Source: Eledone cirrhosa
Lineage: Eukaryota
Direction of reading: 5' to 3'
Assembly (NCBI GenBank): GCA_964016885.1
Contig: OZ024741.1
Coordinates: forward strand, 116,932,001 to 116,996,000
DNA: 64,000 nt
The notes beneath the pieces were generated by a model. The model was not told the DNA's origin. It made no database searches and saw only the letters and a list, made by a program, of their open reading frames with translations. Shown here in pieces: positions 44,467 to 58,010 of the stretch. The stretch's first letter is position 1, and each line of letters opens with the position of its first letter. The position numbers were made by a program, and so were the translations under genes.

Positions 44467-44664
44467 GATACACACACAAACACACTCACCGGCACACACA
44501 TATATATATATACACACATTCACAAAAACAAACTGACAGACACACACTCGCACACACGTAGACACCCACGCACACAAACATATACACATATACGTACTCA
44601 CAAACACAGGCACTCACACACAAACAATTACTTATCAATTCATATTAAATAAGATAATTACTCT

Positions 44665-44766
44665 GAGTTCAAATCCCGCCGAGGTTGCCTTTGCCTTTCA
44701 TCCTTACGGGGTCGATAAAATAAAGTACCAGTAATACACTGGGTAATTGTGCCTAAAGTAGAAACA
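44665..44766 (+). mobile_element. 5'-truncated young family-1 SINE with 21-bp TSD
   Basis: ATTAAATAAGATAATTACTCT at 44644-44664 and 44767-44787. Confidence 0.8.
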
Positions 44767-45404
44767 ATTAAATAAGATAATTACTCTTTCCCTTCTATAT
44801 ACCTCTTTCTCTCCCCCCTCCTTCTCCCTCCTTTTATCTCTCGCTTTTTTCTCCCCCCACTCTTTGTCACTCTTCCTTCACTCTTGCTCTTTCTCATTAT
44901 TTCAATCTCTGCCCCCCCCCCCACCCATTCTCATTCTTCATCTCTCTCTTTCACTCTTTCTTTATTTTCTCCACTCTCACTCTCTCACCTACTTTCTCTC
45001 CTTTCTTTTCTCTCTTTTCCTTTTTACACACACACGCACACACTCTCTCTCTCTCACTCCCCTCACTCTTTTTCATTCTCACTTTTCTCTCTCTCTTTCC
45101 CATCACTTTTTCTCTTTCTCACCCCCTCACCCTCCTCATCATCACCATCTTTCTTCCTCCCCCCTCTCTTTCTCCCTCACTCCCTTACTCCTTCTTTCTC
45201 TCCCTCCCACTTGTTCTCACTTTCTTTCCCTCTTTCTTTTCATTTGTCCCCTTCTTCCTTTTGTCTTATATGTTCGCCTTCTTTATCTCACCAAACAACA
45301 AAGTTCCCCAGATTTTCCATATCAATGAATCACTTTTATTTACATGACCCCCCTCCCTCCATCGCTACAATTATCGTAATGAACCTCACCCTGGATTTAT
45401 AGCG

Positions 45405-45600
45405 ATAATAATTGTTTCTATTTTTGGTACAAGGCCAGCAATTATCTCAGTGTATTACTGATACTTTATTTTATCGATCCCGTAAGGACGAAAGGCAAAG
45501 TTAACCTCGGCGGGATTTGAACTCAGACCATAAAGGGGCGTAACTCTATGCTGCAAAACATGGCGTCCGACCCTCTACCGATATTGCCAAATCCACCGCC
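45405..45600 (-). mobile_element. Family-1 SINE
   Basis: Complete unit. Confidence 0.8.
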
Positions 45601-45924
45601 CGAAAGAGAGAAGTGTTTGTACCTAAAGACGAACAATAAAGCTAATAGTGTGAGTATATTATGTTGGATCTCGGCGTGTTTTGAACTCAAGGCGCGGAGA
45701 GCCGGAACGATCATTGCAAAACATTCTATGCGATGTTCTAACGACTTTACTAATTCGCCATCTTTATACAGTGAAAATAACAATCAAAAGAGAGAAATGC
45801 TTATATTTAGAGAAGAATAGATACCCAATAGTGTGTGTATATTTTATTTATAACAAGGTACTTGAAAATGAATATTCCATTTCATTTTCAAGTACTTTGT
45901 TACAAATAAAATATAGTACTTTCT

Positions 45925-46037
45925 TGTTTTGTAGTCCTTGAAAAGGCATATGACATCGTTCCTCGGGACCTGTTGTGAAGGTTCTACAGGAGTATGGGAT
46001 CGATGGTCAGCTTTTTGCTGTTCTGGTGTCTCTATAC
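45925..46037 (+). pseudogene. RTE-clade RT fragment
   Basis: CFVVLEKAYDIVPRDLL, frameshift, KVLQEYGIDGQLFAVLVSLY. Matches the RT 'FVDLEKAYD.VPR' motif. Confidence 0.75.
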
Positions 46038-47524
46038 GAATATATATATAGGTCAGTCATGAGCAAACTACGACCCACCTTATGATGAGCTACATCTTTG
46101 GCGGCCCACTGTCCGAAAAAGATTAGCCGTGCCTAGTTGTTCAGTATTTTTGTTGATTGCTGGAGGTGGTACCGGTATAAGCACTCTATGCTAAGTTTAA
46201 CACGACGAAGTTTTACTTTGAACGTTTTCATTCATCATATTACGTATGTTTCGCAAATGATTGGTTTGAGGTCCGTATGGATGTGATGAATCAGACTCCA
46301 GTATCGATCTGCTCCTCTGACTTGGTGATTCAGCTAAAGAGATAAAAAAGAGAGAGTGAGAGAGAGAGAGAGAGGGAGATTGTGGATAAATGGGGTGTAT
46401 TAGCATGTTCATGTGCGCCTGTGTATGTGTGGGAGGTGTTATTGATATACAACCCCAGATCAGCTTTGACCAAAATCTTTTCTAACGATAAGCCTGTTAT
46501 TTTCCCGGCCATTGCATATCTAAGATGATATCATCTAATGTGAAGCCACCTCTTTGTGTGTGTTGAAAGAGAGAGAGTGTGTGTGTGAGAGAGAGAGACA
46601 AACACACACACAAACACACACACATATACACAAATGTATACATACATATATATGAGTGTGTGTATGTAATAGATGGTTCAGGGTAACTATACACCTTATT
46701 TTAGGTAACTATACACTTTTATTTTTTTTAAATGTCCCAGGAAATCACCCTGCGTCTTATAAGGTCAAGGGGCAGAGTGGGTAGCTGGCTAGTGGAGTTC
46801 TAGTGATACAGTGGTTCTTTAATTAAACCGCAAACATCTCCGATCGCTTCTAAACCAACAATCGCAACTAAAAAAAGCTACAATTTTATAATAAATAAAA
46901 TAAATTTATTTTCGCTTTCTTTTGTTTTAAAAATGTACTAAATATTTTAACAAAAATACGTTGTAGAGCAAAAAGTAAATTTATTTTCACACTTCCTTAT
47001 GTTTTAAAAATAAAGTAAAATAATACATGTATTATGATGTAGAATGATAATAAAAACAATACAATGAACAAACTTTATACCTTTCACCTGACATTCGTAG
47101 TTTAAACCAATTTATTTAATTTTTTTTTCATGCCTGCCCAAAATGAGGTGCGTCTTATAAGGCCAAGCCTCTTATAAGCTGTCAAATTTATATAAATATA
47201 ATTCGCTTTTGAATTTGTTTTGAGAGATTTCTTATCTGAAAACGTGTGTTGAAACAGATATTGTTATACTTTGGGAGGGTCATGTTGCCAATAAAAACAC
47301 ACGCACCTGTTATTTTTCACTTCAATTTATTATAAGTTTCCGGTTGGTTGGTTCGATAACGGGAAGCTTGTTTATATATTGTCAAAACTCTTTCATCACA
47401 CATTCTGTGACCTCCTCAGTGGCTAGGTTTTTATTTTGTGTCTCTCCTTTATTTTGTCCTACACCATCATTGATTTTGAGTGTTGTGCGTTGTGTGCTTA
47501 GTTTGCGCATGCGTTGCATCCGGC

Positions 47525-47556
<32 letters not shown>

Positions 47557-48138
47557 TATATACATATATGATGGCTGCAGCTCAATTTCGAGAATTGTCA
47601 TCAGTTAATTTTTTACTCATACATTGGGGACACGAACATGACCTTTTAGCCCAGCCAAAGATTTACACTCCTTTTCTTCATAGGCTGCAGCGAAAAGAAG
47701 AAAAAAACATCGTTTCTCCACTTCAACCAGTGATGTTGATGTGAAAGTTGTTTAGTTTAAGTGATGCCTGTGTTAGAAGTTTCTTTTTTTAAGTGAAGAA
47801 AGGCTTTGAGCTGGACCAACGTACCTCTCTCAACAATGAGGACAAGTATCCAAAATGAAGAACAGGTTAACATCACTGACTGCCATCAAGTGGTAGGTTT
47901 TACATTAGTGTGCCTTTTCCTAGAATGATATACTAACAAGGACTAAAGGTCTCTCGCTCCCCGCGGGTTAACCACGCGTTCTTGCAGCAAACAGAGAATT
48001 TGCATGTCCTCGCACAATATACATATGTATAAACATACACACATATACATATATATATATATATATATACAAATACATAAATACATACATACATATATAT
48101 ATATATAAGATCAAAAGATGGTTAAAAGAGTTCCATGT

Positions 48139-48207
48139 ATTTTATTATGCGCATTTCAAAAACAAATATCATCATGCGATAACATTTGCGTTTTCGTCAG
48201 ATAAAAT
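48139..48207 (-). ncRNA. Minimal type I hammerhead (family B)
   Basis: Minus strand: ATTTTAT-CTGACGA-AAACGCAAATGTTAT...ATGATATTTGTTTTT-GAAA-TGCGCA-TA-ATAAAAT. Confidence 0.85.
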
Positions 48208-48907
48208 AGGGAGACATGATATAAAGGTTAAAAAACACTTGTGGATAGTGCAGTTTTACATCAACATATGAAAAGTAGTTTTAGATTGATGTGTGATATT
48301 GGGAAAAAAATTGAGGGGGGGGGGGGTTGGAAAGGATGAAAAAGAGGAGGAGATGAGAGTAAAAAGTGGAGGGGGAGGAGTATAGTGAGGAAGGATGAGA
48401 TAGGAGGAGAGATGGGTGATAGAGAGAGAGAGGTAACTGAGAAAAATATATTGTTTTACATAGAGAGGTTAAAAAACCGTTGGAAGATAATGTATAAATT
48501 AAAAGAATTTGAAAATTAACGAAGAGAAAAATTTTAGAATTCTGTTAAATTAAGGTTTGTATATTGAAGGGTTTAATAATATGTGCGATGAAAAGAAATT
48601 GTTAATATGTATTAAGAATAATATTTAAGGGTTTAATAATATGTGCGATGGAAAGAAATTGTTGATATGTATTATTAAAAAATATAAAAATATAACAATA
48701 GTAATCTATATAGAATATATTGTGAAAAGAAGTAGAAGAGTGGATGAATAAGTGTAATATGTATAAGTTAGATGAGCATGAAAGGGAGAAAAAAATAATG
48801 AATTGAGGATGAATAATCTAACGTCAAAAAAAATGTTTGCTTTTCATATGCTGATTTAAAACTGCACTATTCACAAGTGTTTTTTAACCTTCATATCATG
48901 TCTCCCT

Positions 48908-48976
48908 ATTTTATCTGACGAAAACGCAAATGTTATCGCATGATGATATTTGTTTTTGAAATGCGCATAATAAAAT
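48908..48976 (+). ncRNA. Minimal type I hammerhead (family B)
   Basis: ATTTTAT-CTGACGA-stem II-GAAA-TGCGCA-TA-ATAAAAT. Confidence 0.85.
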
Positions 48977-49126
48977 ACATGGAACTCTTTTAACCATTTT
49001 TTGATCTTGATATATTATTTATACTCCAGTCCTACAAACTGTAGAGTGCTACTTATCCGATATCTGCATTGCTTTATTGTACTACAATAAAACTCATCTC
49101 CTACATACATATATATATATATATTT

Positions 49127-49239
<113 letters not shown>

Positions 49240-49511
49240 CAACAATATAGTAGGTATGGTTATCGTATTTTACCAATGTCCATAGTAGATAGAGCCTCCT
49301 CTAGCAATCATCAGGCAGAAAAGCAAGATAATCATTGTACAATGTAATACCATTGCGTTTGTCCTGGCTGTATATCCAATGATTACTATAGCGGGTCGTA
49401 TTGCTGTCGGTATGAAACTTCAAGTCATGGTAGATTAAGTTGCCCATAACTACTACAACAGTAAATTTAATTTTGCTATAAGTAGTTTATTCCTGCCAAC
49501 ACTTTCACCTC

Positions 49512-49615
<104 letters not shown>

Positions 49616-49688
49616 ACACACGCACACACGCACACACACACGCACACACACACACGCACACACACACACATACACATATGCATACACA

Positions 49689-49724
<36 letters not shown>

Positions 49725-49820
49725 ATATACACACATACATACACATAAATATGAGTGTATCATATAAGGTAGAGAGTGTGGGATTGAGATGATGATGTAC
49801 GCGTGTGTCTGTGTGTTTAT

Positions 49821-49859
<39 letters not shown>

Positions 49860-50005
49860 CATATGCATGCGGGTGTATATGGATGTATATAAAGAGGATC
49901 CTATGCATATACACACACGCTTGAATACAAACACGAATGTGATAATCTGATGGAACATGGAGGAACGATAAACAATGCTATATTAGACCGGTCATTTCAT
50001 AAACT

Positions 50006-50148
<143 letters not shown>

Positions 50149-50589
50149 CATGCATACATATATACATACACACACACATGTATACATACACATACACACA
50201 CGTGCATACGAGTATGTGTGAGTATGTGTGTGTGTGCATGTGTGTTTGTGTGTGTGTGTGTTGTGTGTATAGACGTGCAGGAAAGGTAAAGTTTTGGAAA
50301 CGCCAGTTTTAATGCGCCTGTCGGGATAATCGAGATTAAGCGAGGTCTGTAAAACTAGTCTTGCTAATCTCCGATCCTGACTGTCAGCACTACACGACTA
50401 CATGACTACACGACACGGTTGCCTTTCTTCAACGGTAGCTGCAGCTGCTGCTACTGCTACTACTACTGCTACTGCTGCCATCTACCAACAGAACAAGAGG
50501 GGGTTGATATGCAGTTTTGATTTTGTGTTTGGTTTCCTCAAAGAACGTATGGAAGCATATTTATTGTCCAATATAAATCGCAATACGAA

Positions 50590-51030
50590 GGTGGCAGATA
50601 TACAAAATTGGTAGAGCGTCAGATAAAATTCCATCACTTTGTTTATTTTGTCTCATTGCATTCTGAGTTCAAATCCTGCCATGGTAAATTTTGCCTTTCA
50701 TACTTCTGGCGTCGATAAAGTAAGTGCCAGCCAAGTACTTGAGTTAATTTTATCAACTTTGCTCTTCTCTTGCTGGCCTTGTGCTTAAATTAGAAAAAAA
50801 TGACGGAAGTAAATTGGCAGAATTGGTAGAGTATCGGATAAAATGCCATTGTGGTGTTTGATTTGACAATTCTCATTCTGAATTCAAATCCTGCCAAGTT
50901 AAAATATGGCCCTTCTTACTTCCGTGGTTTATAAAATAAAGTACCAAACAAGAACTGGGGTTAATTCAATCAACTTTATTCTTCCGTGAAATTTATTGGC
51001 CTTGTGACTAAATTAGACTAAATTAGAAAT
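50590..51030 (+). mobile_element. Two older tandem family-1 SINEs
   Basis: GAGTTCAAATCCTGCC / GAATTCAAATCCTGCC B-boxes plus core. Confidence 0.65.
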
Positions 51031-51087
51031 CAATATAATAATAATGTGTCTTTCTCACTTCCTCTGTATCATTGTGATCCTTTAAGG

Positions 51088-51355
51088 CAGTTGTCTCCAA
51101 CCTTTTTTATACCACAGACCGGTAGTTATACATATGTGTTATTAAAGTGCATTTCAATAAAGAGAGCAATAATAAAAAGAGCAATATATTAAAGTAGATG
51201 AATATTGAATATTTAAACAAATCATTTAAAATTAAAGTCCAATATTCAATTTATCTATTATATAATTTTAAACAAGTTAATTATTTCTGTGCGGTCCGGT
51301 AGCAAATGATCCACGGACCGGTACAGGTGCGCGGCCCGGTGGTTGCGGACCTTTT
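51088..51355. mobile_element. hAT (Charlie-like) MITE
   Basis: CAGTTGTCTCCAACCTTTT...CGGCCCGGTGGTTGCGGACC termini. Confidence 0.55.
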
Positions 51356-51588
51356 CTTTACGGTTCAAATGATACATTTCTCCGATGTGGCACCCTAGCC
51401 TAGTTGACTTTTATGGTAGTGCCGGGCCTGTATAGAATATATATATTTTAAAAATCTATTTCCTTAACCTCTTTGAAATCACAACAGAGGGAAGCTTCAG
51501 TAACAAAGCTGGTCTTTGGCCCAACTGTGGCGGTGAGGTTGGGAGCTTATAATGATGGTGAGGATAATGATGTTGATGATGATGATTC

Positions 51589-51630
<42 letters not shown>

Positions 51631-51840
51631 ATGATGTCAACAAGAACAGCTACGACAATGACACTGAAGACATTGATAGAGATGATAAGTGGTTTCGTGA
51701 AAATCACGAACTAGGCCGGATTATCTACACATTCTGTCTTCCCTACCCCTTTCTCTCTCCACACACACACACACACACACACATTATATATACATATATA
51801 TATATATACACACACATACACAAACACATACATACACACA

Positions 51841-51880
<40 letters not shown>

Positions 51881-51888
51881 AGTGTATG

Positions 51889-51938
<50 letters not shown>

Positions 51939-52227
51939 CATACATACACTCATACATACATATATATATGTGTGTGTTTGTGTGTGTGTGTGTGTTCGCC
52001 AATGTGCAACTATATCCATCAGCACCCATTAAGTACCCTATTATATATTTCAAAATGTTCTTACATTTTGTTGATCTTATTTTTCCTGGTCTATTTCGTG
52101 TCATGTAGATATAAGATGGCTGACTATCAACCTGTGTGACAATCTTTTTATAAGGCTAGCATTCCCATTGAACAACTCGTAAACATCAATAACTTCCCTG
52201 GTTTCTATACAAGACCCTTGGACGCAG

Positions 52228-52580
52228 CATGGGTGAATGGTATAGATGTTCACTTGACAATCATCAGGTCCCGTGTTTGATCCCACAACATGGCATCTTG
52301 GGCAAGTGTCATTTATCATAACCTCGGGTCAATCCATGCCTTTTGAGGAAAATTGAGTAGACAGAAACTGTTTGGAAGCTCATCGGATGGACTGTGGTTG
52401 TAATTCAAGGACGAGCCTTATCACATCCTGTGTTGCGCTGTATCTGCCTGAGAACAATTATGTTAAGGATACACGTGTCTGTGGAATGTTCAGCCATTTA
52501 CATGTAACTTTCACAGCAGAAGTTCAGTTCTTCGAACAACTAGAACACCCACCGTCGAAACCGATATGGGTCCATTCCAT
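52228..52580 (+). mobile_element. SINE family 2
   Basis: GCATGGGTGAATGGT head, TTGGGCAAGTGTC, and a body homologous to 2553-2852. Confidence 0.65.
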
Positions 52581-52949
52581 ACACAACCCAATTAATGTAT
52601 TGACGGTATAACGTAGAGCTTTTCATACATTTCATAAAGATATATTTAAAAAACAAAACAAAATGTTTCATAACAAACTAGTTAAGTTTTGTTAACGATA
52701 GAAAATTAACGAAATTAAAATCATTGAACAAGGAAATCTCACAACGTGTTTCACCAATCGTATATTCTATTGGACACAGAGTTTATTCCCAGATCTCTAA
52801 GTGATTTCAGAGCTCAATATTCATAAGTATTGAACAGATATGAATCAATTTTCTGACACACCTAGAGATTATCAGAGACATACTGAAATACCGCCACTTT
52901 CAGTTTGTAAACCTCTGCTATATTTAGTTAGTTATTTAATTAGTTAGTA

Positions 52950-53590
52950 AGAGAGTGAATGAATTATCTAATAAGTTAGTTAGTTAGTTAGTTAATTAGT
53001 TAGTTAGTTAGACAGATCATTAGATAGTAAGTTAGATAATTAGTTAGATAGTTAGACAGTAAGATAGAAAGTTATAGTTAGTTAGTTAGTTAGTCAGATA
53101 GTTAGTTTGATCGTTAGTTAGATCGTTAGTTAGTAAGAAAGTTAGTTAGACAAATAATTAGATAGTAAGATAGATAGTTACAGTTAGTTAGTTAGTGAGT
53201 TAGTTAGTGAGATAGTTAGTTAGATAGTTAGATAATAAGTAAGTCAGTAAGTTAGTGAGTTAGATAGTTAGGCAGATATTTAGTTAGGCAGATAGTTCGA
53301 TAGTTAGCAAGTTAGATAGTAAGATAGATAGTTATAGTGAGGTAGATAATTAGTTATTTAGTCAATTAGTAAGAGGGCGACTCCGGTGTCTTCCCCTGCC
53401 CCCACCGTCCCCGGAGCTGCAAGTCAAGGCTCGGCCTCCACAGCGACCTTCGTGCCCATGGCAGACGGGAACTAAAGTAAAGATGTCATCATCGTTTACG
53501 ATGGACAACCACGAAGAGGGCGAATGAGTTAGTTGGTTAGTTAATTAGATAGACAGTTAGATAGTTAGTTACTGAGTGAGCTAGTTAAAC
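52950..53590. repeat. Degenerate (TTAG/ATAG)n tract
   Basis: Seen directly. Confidence 0.85.
53381..53513 (+). mobile_element. 133-bp 5'-truncated RTE LINE 3' end with 10-bp TSD
   Basis: Encodes FPCPHRPRSCKSRLGLHSDLRAH (RTE-type C-terminal C2H2), then a stop and the GTCATCATCGTTTACGATGGAC hairpin. TSD AAGAGGGCGA at 53371-53380 and 53514-53523. Confidence 0.85.
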
Positions 53591-53715
53591 CGGACTTCCG
53601 CTTAGACCAAGTAAATACTTCCTTTCCCACACATTTCAGTCCAGCTTTGCCATAGCCAGCCTCCGTGTCCATATAACTCGTTTTAGTTTTACTACACACG
53701 TTGGCTAGTAGTTCA

Positions 53716-54765
53716 CTACTACACACTAGTGATTGACTATTACACACTAGTGGTTGACTACTACACACTAGTGGTTGACTACTACACACTAGTGGTTGAC
53801 TACTACACACTAGTGGTTGACTACTACACACTAGTGGTTGACTATTACACACTAGTGGTTGACTGCTACACACTAGTGGTTGACTACTACACACTAGTGG
53901 TAGACTACTACACACTAGTGGTTGACTACTACATACTAGTGGTTGACTACTACACACTAGTGATTGACTGCTACACACTAGTGGTTGACTACTACACACT
54001 AGTGGCTGACTACTACACACTAGTGGTTGACTGCTACACACTAGTGGTTGACTGCTACACACTAGTGGTTGACTACTACACACTAGTGGTTGACTGCTAC
54101 ACACTAGTGGTTGACTAATACACACTAGTGGTTGACTACTACACACTAGTGGTTGACTGCTACACACTAGTGGTTGACTACTACACACTAGTGATTGACT
54201 ACTACACACTAGTGGTAGACTACTACACACTAATGGTTGACTGCTACACACTAGTGGTTGACTACTACACACTAGTGGTTGACTACTACACACTAGTGGT
54301 TGACTACTACACACTAGTGGTAGACTACTACACACTAGTGGTTGACTGCTACACACTAGTGGTTGACTACTTCACACTAGTGGTTGACTATTACACACTA
54401 GTGGTTGACTAAAACACACTAGTGGTTGACTACTACACACTAGTGGTTGACTGCTACACACTAGTGGTTGACTAATACACACTAGTGGTTGACTATTACA
54501 CACTAGTGGTTGACTACTACACACTAGTGGTTGACTACTACACACTTGTGGTTGACTATTACACACTAGTGGTTGACTACTACACACTAGTGGTTGACTG
54601 CTACACACTAGAGGTTGACTAATACACACTAGTGGTTGACTATTACACACTAGTGGTTAACTATTACACACTAGTGGTTGACTACTACACACTAGTGGTT
54701 GACTGCTACACACTAGTGGTTGACTAATACACACTAGTGGTTGACTATTACACACTAGTAGTTGA
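53716..54765. repeat. 21-bp minisatellite (CTAGTGGTTGACTACTACACA), about 50 copies
   Basis: Direct head-to-tail array with no spacers. Confidence 0.97.
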
Positions 54766-55276
54766 CGTATACTTCTCACTGTAACACATTCATCAATAAA
54801 TATTTTCTCAATGCCAAAATTCTTCCATCTCTACACTTTTGTTTATGTTTTCCCTTTTACATAGCTTTCTCAGAGAAACTGGGGCGGTGCCAGTGCTAGA
54901 CTTACTTATAAGTTAAATAAGCTATAGCTTAGAGTCACTCATCCTCGGGGGCCTCATTAAAAAATAATATATTTAGAATTTTATCATCAAGTTTATAGAT
55001 TATTTTTAGAGAAGCGCCTCAACTCTCATACAATTTGGGGCTTCAGTAGGGGAAAGTCTGGTTTTGGACGACGGTGATCACTTATAGAATGGCCTCCGAG
55101 TGTGGTAGGATGATAAATAGGGGAAGTTATCTTTAGAAAGGAGGCCTGGCCAAATTCTTTGAAATAGACAAACATACGTTAAAGGTATCAAGGTCAAGGT
55201 CCATGTGCACGGAACTCCTGATGGACTCCTGGGTGCACCGTTGTAACACACGGCGTGTGTGTGCATATGGTTGTGC

Positions 55277-55320
<44 letters not shown>

Positions 55321-55711
55321 ATGTGTGTGTATGCATATATATATATATGTGTGTGTGTGTGTTTGTGCGTGCATATGTACGTACATGCGCGCGGAGGGAT
55401 GTGTGAGCATTTGGGTTAAAAAGATGTTGCATTTAATCGGTTTTCTTATGTAAACCATGTATGTAGATATGAATATGTCTATATGTATGTATCAAACATC
55501 GTGTCACGTTGAAACTCAGCGAGAGTTGTCTTAAGAGTAGACGTGACTGCCGAATACTTAGATGCTTACACCTTAATTTCATAATTAGGGAGTTTTATTG
55601 AACAAACAACTAGAATACTCGTCATTAGAACCGATTCACTCTCAAAAGCGTGAACCTAATAAACTCTTATTTGTACTGCCTCTCTGTTTTTGTTTCCGTC
55701 TAAGTTTTAAC

Positions 55712-55825
<114 letters not shown>

Positions 55826-55933
55826 GAAAAAATGAAACGAAATTTCATTTTAAATATACATACTTATATATATATATATATATATATATATACGATATTA
55901 ACAAATGGAAACTATATTTATAAAACCATATTT

Positions 55934-55996
55934 ATTTCATTATACATATTTCAAGGACACCAAGTTAAATTATGGTGTGCTTTCATCAGACAAAAT
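55934..55996 (-). ncRNA. Minimal type I hammerhead (family A)
   Basis: Reverse complement of 56104-56166. Confidence 0.78.
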
Positions 55997-56103
55997 ATAA
56001 TATAGAACAGTTTTATAAATAAATATTGACATACCCTTAAAAAATGCAACCATTACTGTTGGAAGCTCCCGGATAGTTTATTTATAAAACTGTTCTATAT
56101 TAT

Positions 56104-56166
56104 ATTTTGTCTGATGAAAGCACACCATAATTTAACTTGGTGTCCTTGAAATATGTATAATGAAAT
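56104..56166 (+). ncRNA. Minimal type I hammerhead (family A)
   Basis: ATTTTGT-CTGATGA-AAGCACACCA...TGGTGTCCTT-GAAA-TATGTA-TA-ATGAAAT. Confidence 0.78.
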
Positions 56167-56294
56167 AAATATGGTTTTATAAATATAGTTTCCATTTGTT
56201 AATATCGTATGTTTACTCCAAATACTTGTTGAGTGCTTTATATCAGTTATAAAACTATTTGCTTGTTGTATGCCAACAATTTAAATAGAACTTT

Positions 56295-56331
<37 letters not shown>

Positions 56332-56473
56332 TATTTTCAATTATTTACATATTCATTTGCATATTCACACATAAGTTTGAATAATCCCTTATATATTTCC
56401 ACTATCCAGTGAATTTCCAATCGATAAGGTATGTTTTTGATGGGTATGTCTCTATTTATAAAACAAACTTTGG

Positions 56474-56535
56474 ATTTTATCTGATGAAAGCGTACCAATG
56501 TTGTCTTGGTACCCTTGAAATATATATAATAAAAT
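56474..56535 (+). ncRNA. Minimal type I hammerhead (family A)
   Basis: ATTTTAT-CTGATGA-AAGCGTACCAA...TTGGTACCCTT-GAAA-TATATA-TA-ATAAAAT. Confidence 0.85.
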
Positions 56536-56575
56536 AAATATGGTTTTATAAATATAGTTTCCATTTATTGAATAT

Positions 56576-56639
<64 letters not shown>

Positions 56640-56866
56640 GGAAAGTTATATTTAAATTGTCGGGTTACAACGAGTAAATATTTATAACTGATATAAAAGC
56701 ACTCGACAAGTATTTGGAGTATATTTACGTTTTCTGTCTTTCTTTCCTTTTTCTCTCTTTCTTTCTCTCTGTGTACAATTTTTTCACTGCCAATTCAACT
56801 TTTCAAATACAAGTCGTTGTTGTACGGTATGTCAAATCTATTTATCTATAAAACTGTTTATATTGT

Positions 56867-56930
56867 ATTTTGTCTGAGGAAGGCATAGCATATTGTTAAT
56901 ATGATATCCCTGAAATATATATAATGAAAT
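56867..56930 (+). ncRNA. Minimal type I hammerhead (family A variant)
   Basis: ATTTTGT-CTGAGGA-AGGCATAGCATATT...AATATGATATCCCT-GAAA-TATATA-TA-ATGAAAT. Confidence 0.8.
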
Positions 56931-56971
56931 AAATATGGTTTTATAAATATAGTTTCCATTTATTTAATATC

Positions 56972-57052
<81 letters not shown>

Positions 57053-57531
57053 AAAATATATATATATGTATGTATATGTATATATACATATACATATATT
57101 AATACACAGAGATACGTACATACATAAATACATACACATCTCTTTCTCAACACGACATGATGATAAAGAACATTTATGTATGTATCCCTCTCTCTCACCC
57201 CCCTCTCTCTACACACACACATATATATGTAAATCTCTCTATATATAAAAACAAATAACGAAATTAAATTTCGTTTCGCTTCTAACTCACTTTTGTATGA
57301 CTGACGCTTAAACAATTAAGTTAAAGTGTACATCTACATATGTATACGGAAGTATTAGTATGCATATAAATACACACATGTATACATATGTACATGTACT
57401 GAGTTTTTCACTAGACACTTTACAGTGAGTGTCAGCTAGTCTGTATGTAACCACACAGACGGACCGGGTTTTAGAGTCATACGAGTTTTCAAGGAAACAC
57501 ATTTCCTCTATTCTCCAGAGGGCCAGACAGG

Positions 57532-57576
57532 AATATTGGACTAGTTTCGATGTTATTACATCTCATCAGCAATATT
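57532..57576 (-). ncRNA. Canonical minimal type I hammerhead
   Basis: Reverse complement of 58011-58055. Confidence 0.9.
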
Positions 57577-58010
57577 TACCCATCTTCCGGCTTCTCTGGA
57601 GAATTGTAAAAGCACATATCGTTATATGCTTTTTCTATGAAAATTAGTAGTGGGTAGACTAATTTGCATAGAACGTGAGTCATTGTACGCACCGGTTCAG
57701 CGGAAACGATAAAAACAAATAACGAAACGAAATTAAATTTCGTTTCGCTTCTAACTCACTTTTGTATGACTGACGCTTAAACAATTAAGTTAAAGTGTAC
57801 ATCTACATATGTATACGGAAGTATTAGTATGCATATAAATACACACATGTATACATATGTACATGTACTGAGTTTTTCACTAGACACTTTACAGGTGCGT
57901 ACAATGACTCACGTTCTATGCAAATTAGTCTACCCACTACTAATTTTCATAGAAAAAGCATATAACGATATGTGCTTTTACAATTCTCCAGAGAAGCCGG
58001 AAGATGGGTA

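Larger units (their letters stand above)
48106..49105. mobile_element. Family B element: about 165-bp inverted arms with hammerheads, 570-bp spacer, 95-nt extension
   Basis: 48106-48270 is the reverse complement of 48843-49012. 49013-49105 matches 7755-7846. (TA)n flanks. Confidence 0.8.
55892..56298. mobile_element. Family A fold-back element (arms about 55892-56023 and 56077-56208, plus a 90-nt extension)
   Basis: Inverted arms each carry a hammerhead. (TA)n flanks. Homologous to 7188-7512. Confidence 0.8.

Noticed and set aside
47380-47425. Minus-strand CTGAGGA-hairpin-GAAA
   Set aside because: No valid NUH site or stem I in the obvious register.
48270-48840. Family B spacer as a coding remnant (minus-strand SIYKP*FNR)
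   Set aside because: Too short and low-complexity to support a GIY-YIG assignment by eye.
52950-53590. Interstitial telomeric repeat
   Set aside because: The unit is TTAG/ATAG, not TTAGG or TTAGGG.
53565-54765. 21-bp array as a CRISPR array or as a VCSSQPL/VVDYYTL repeat protein
   Set aside because: No unique spacers and no cas genes, in a eukaryotic context. The frames are open only because the unit is a multiple of 3, and they are broken by variant units.
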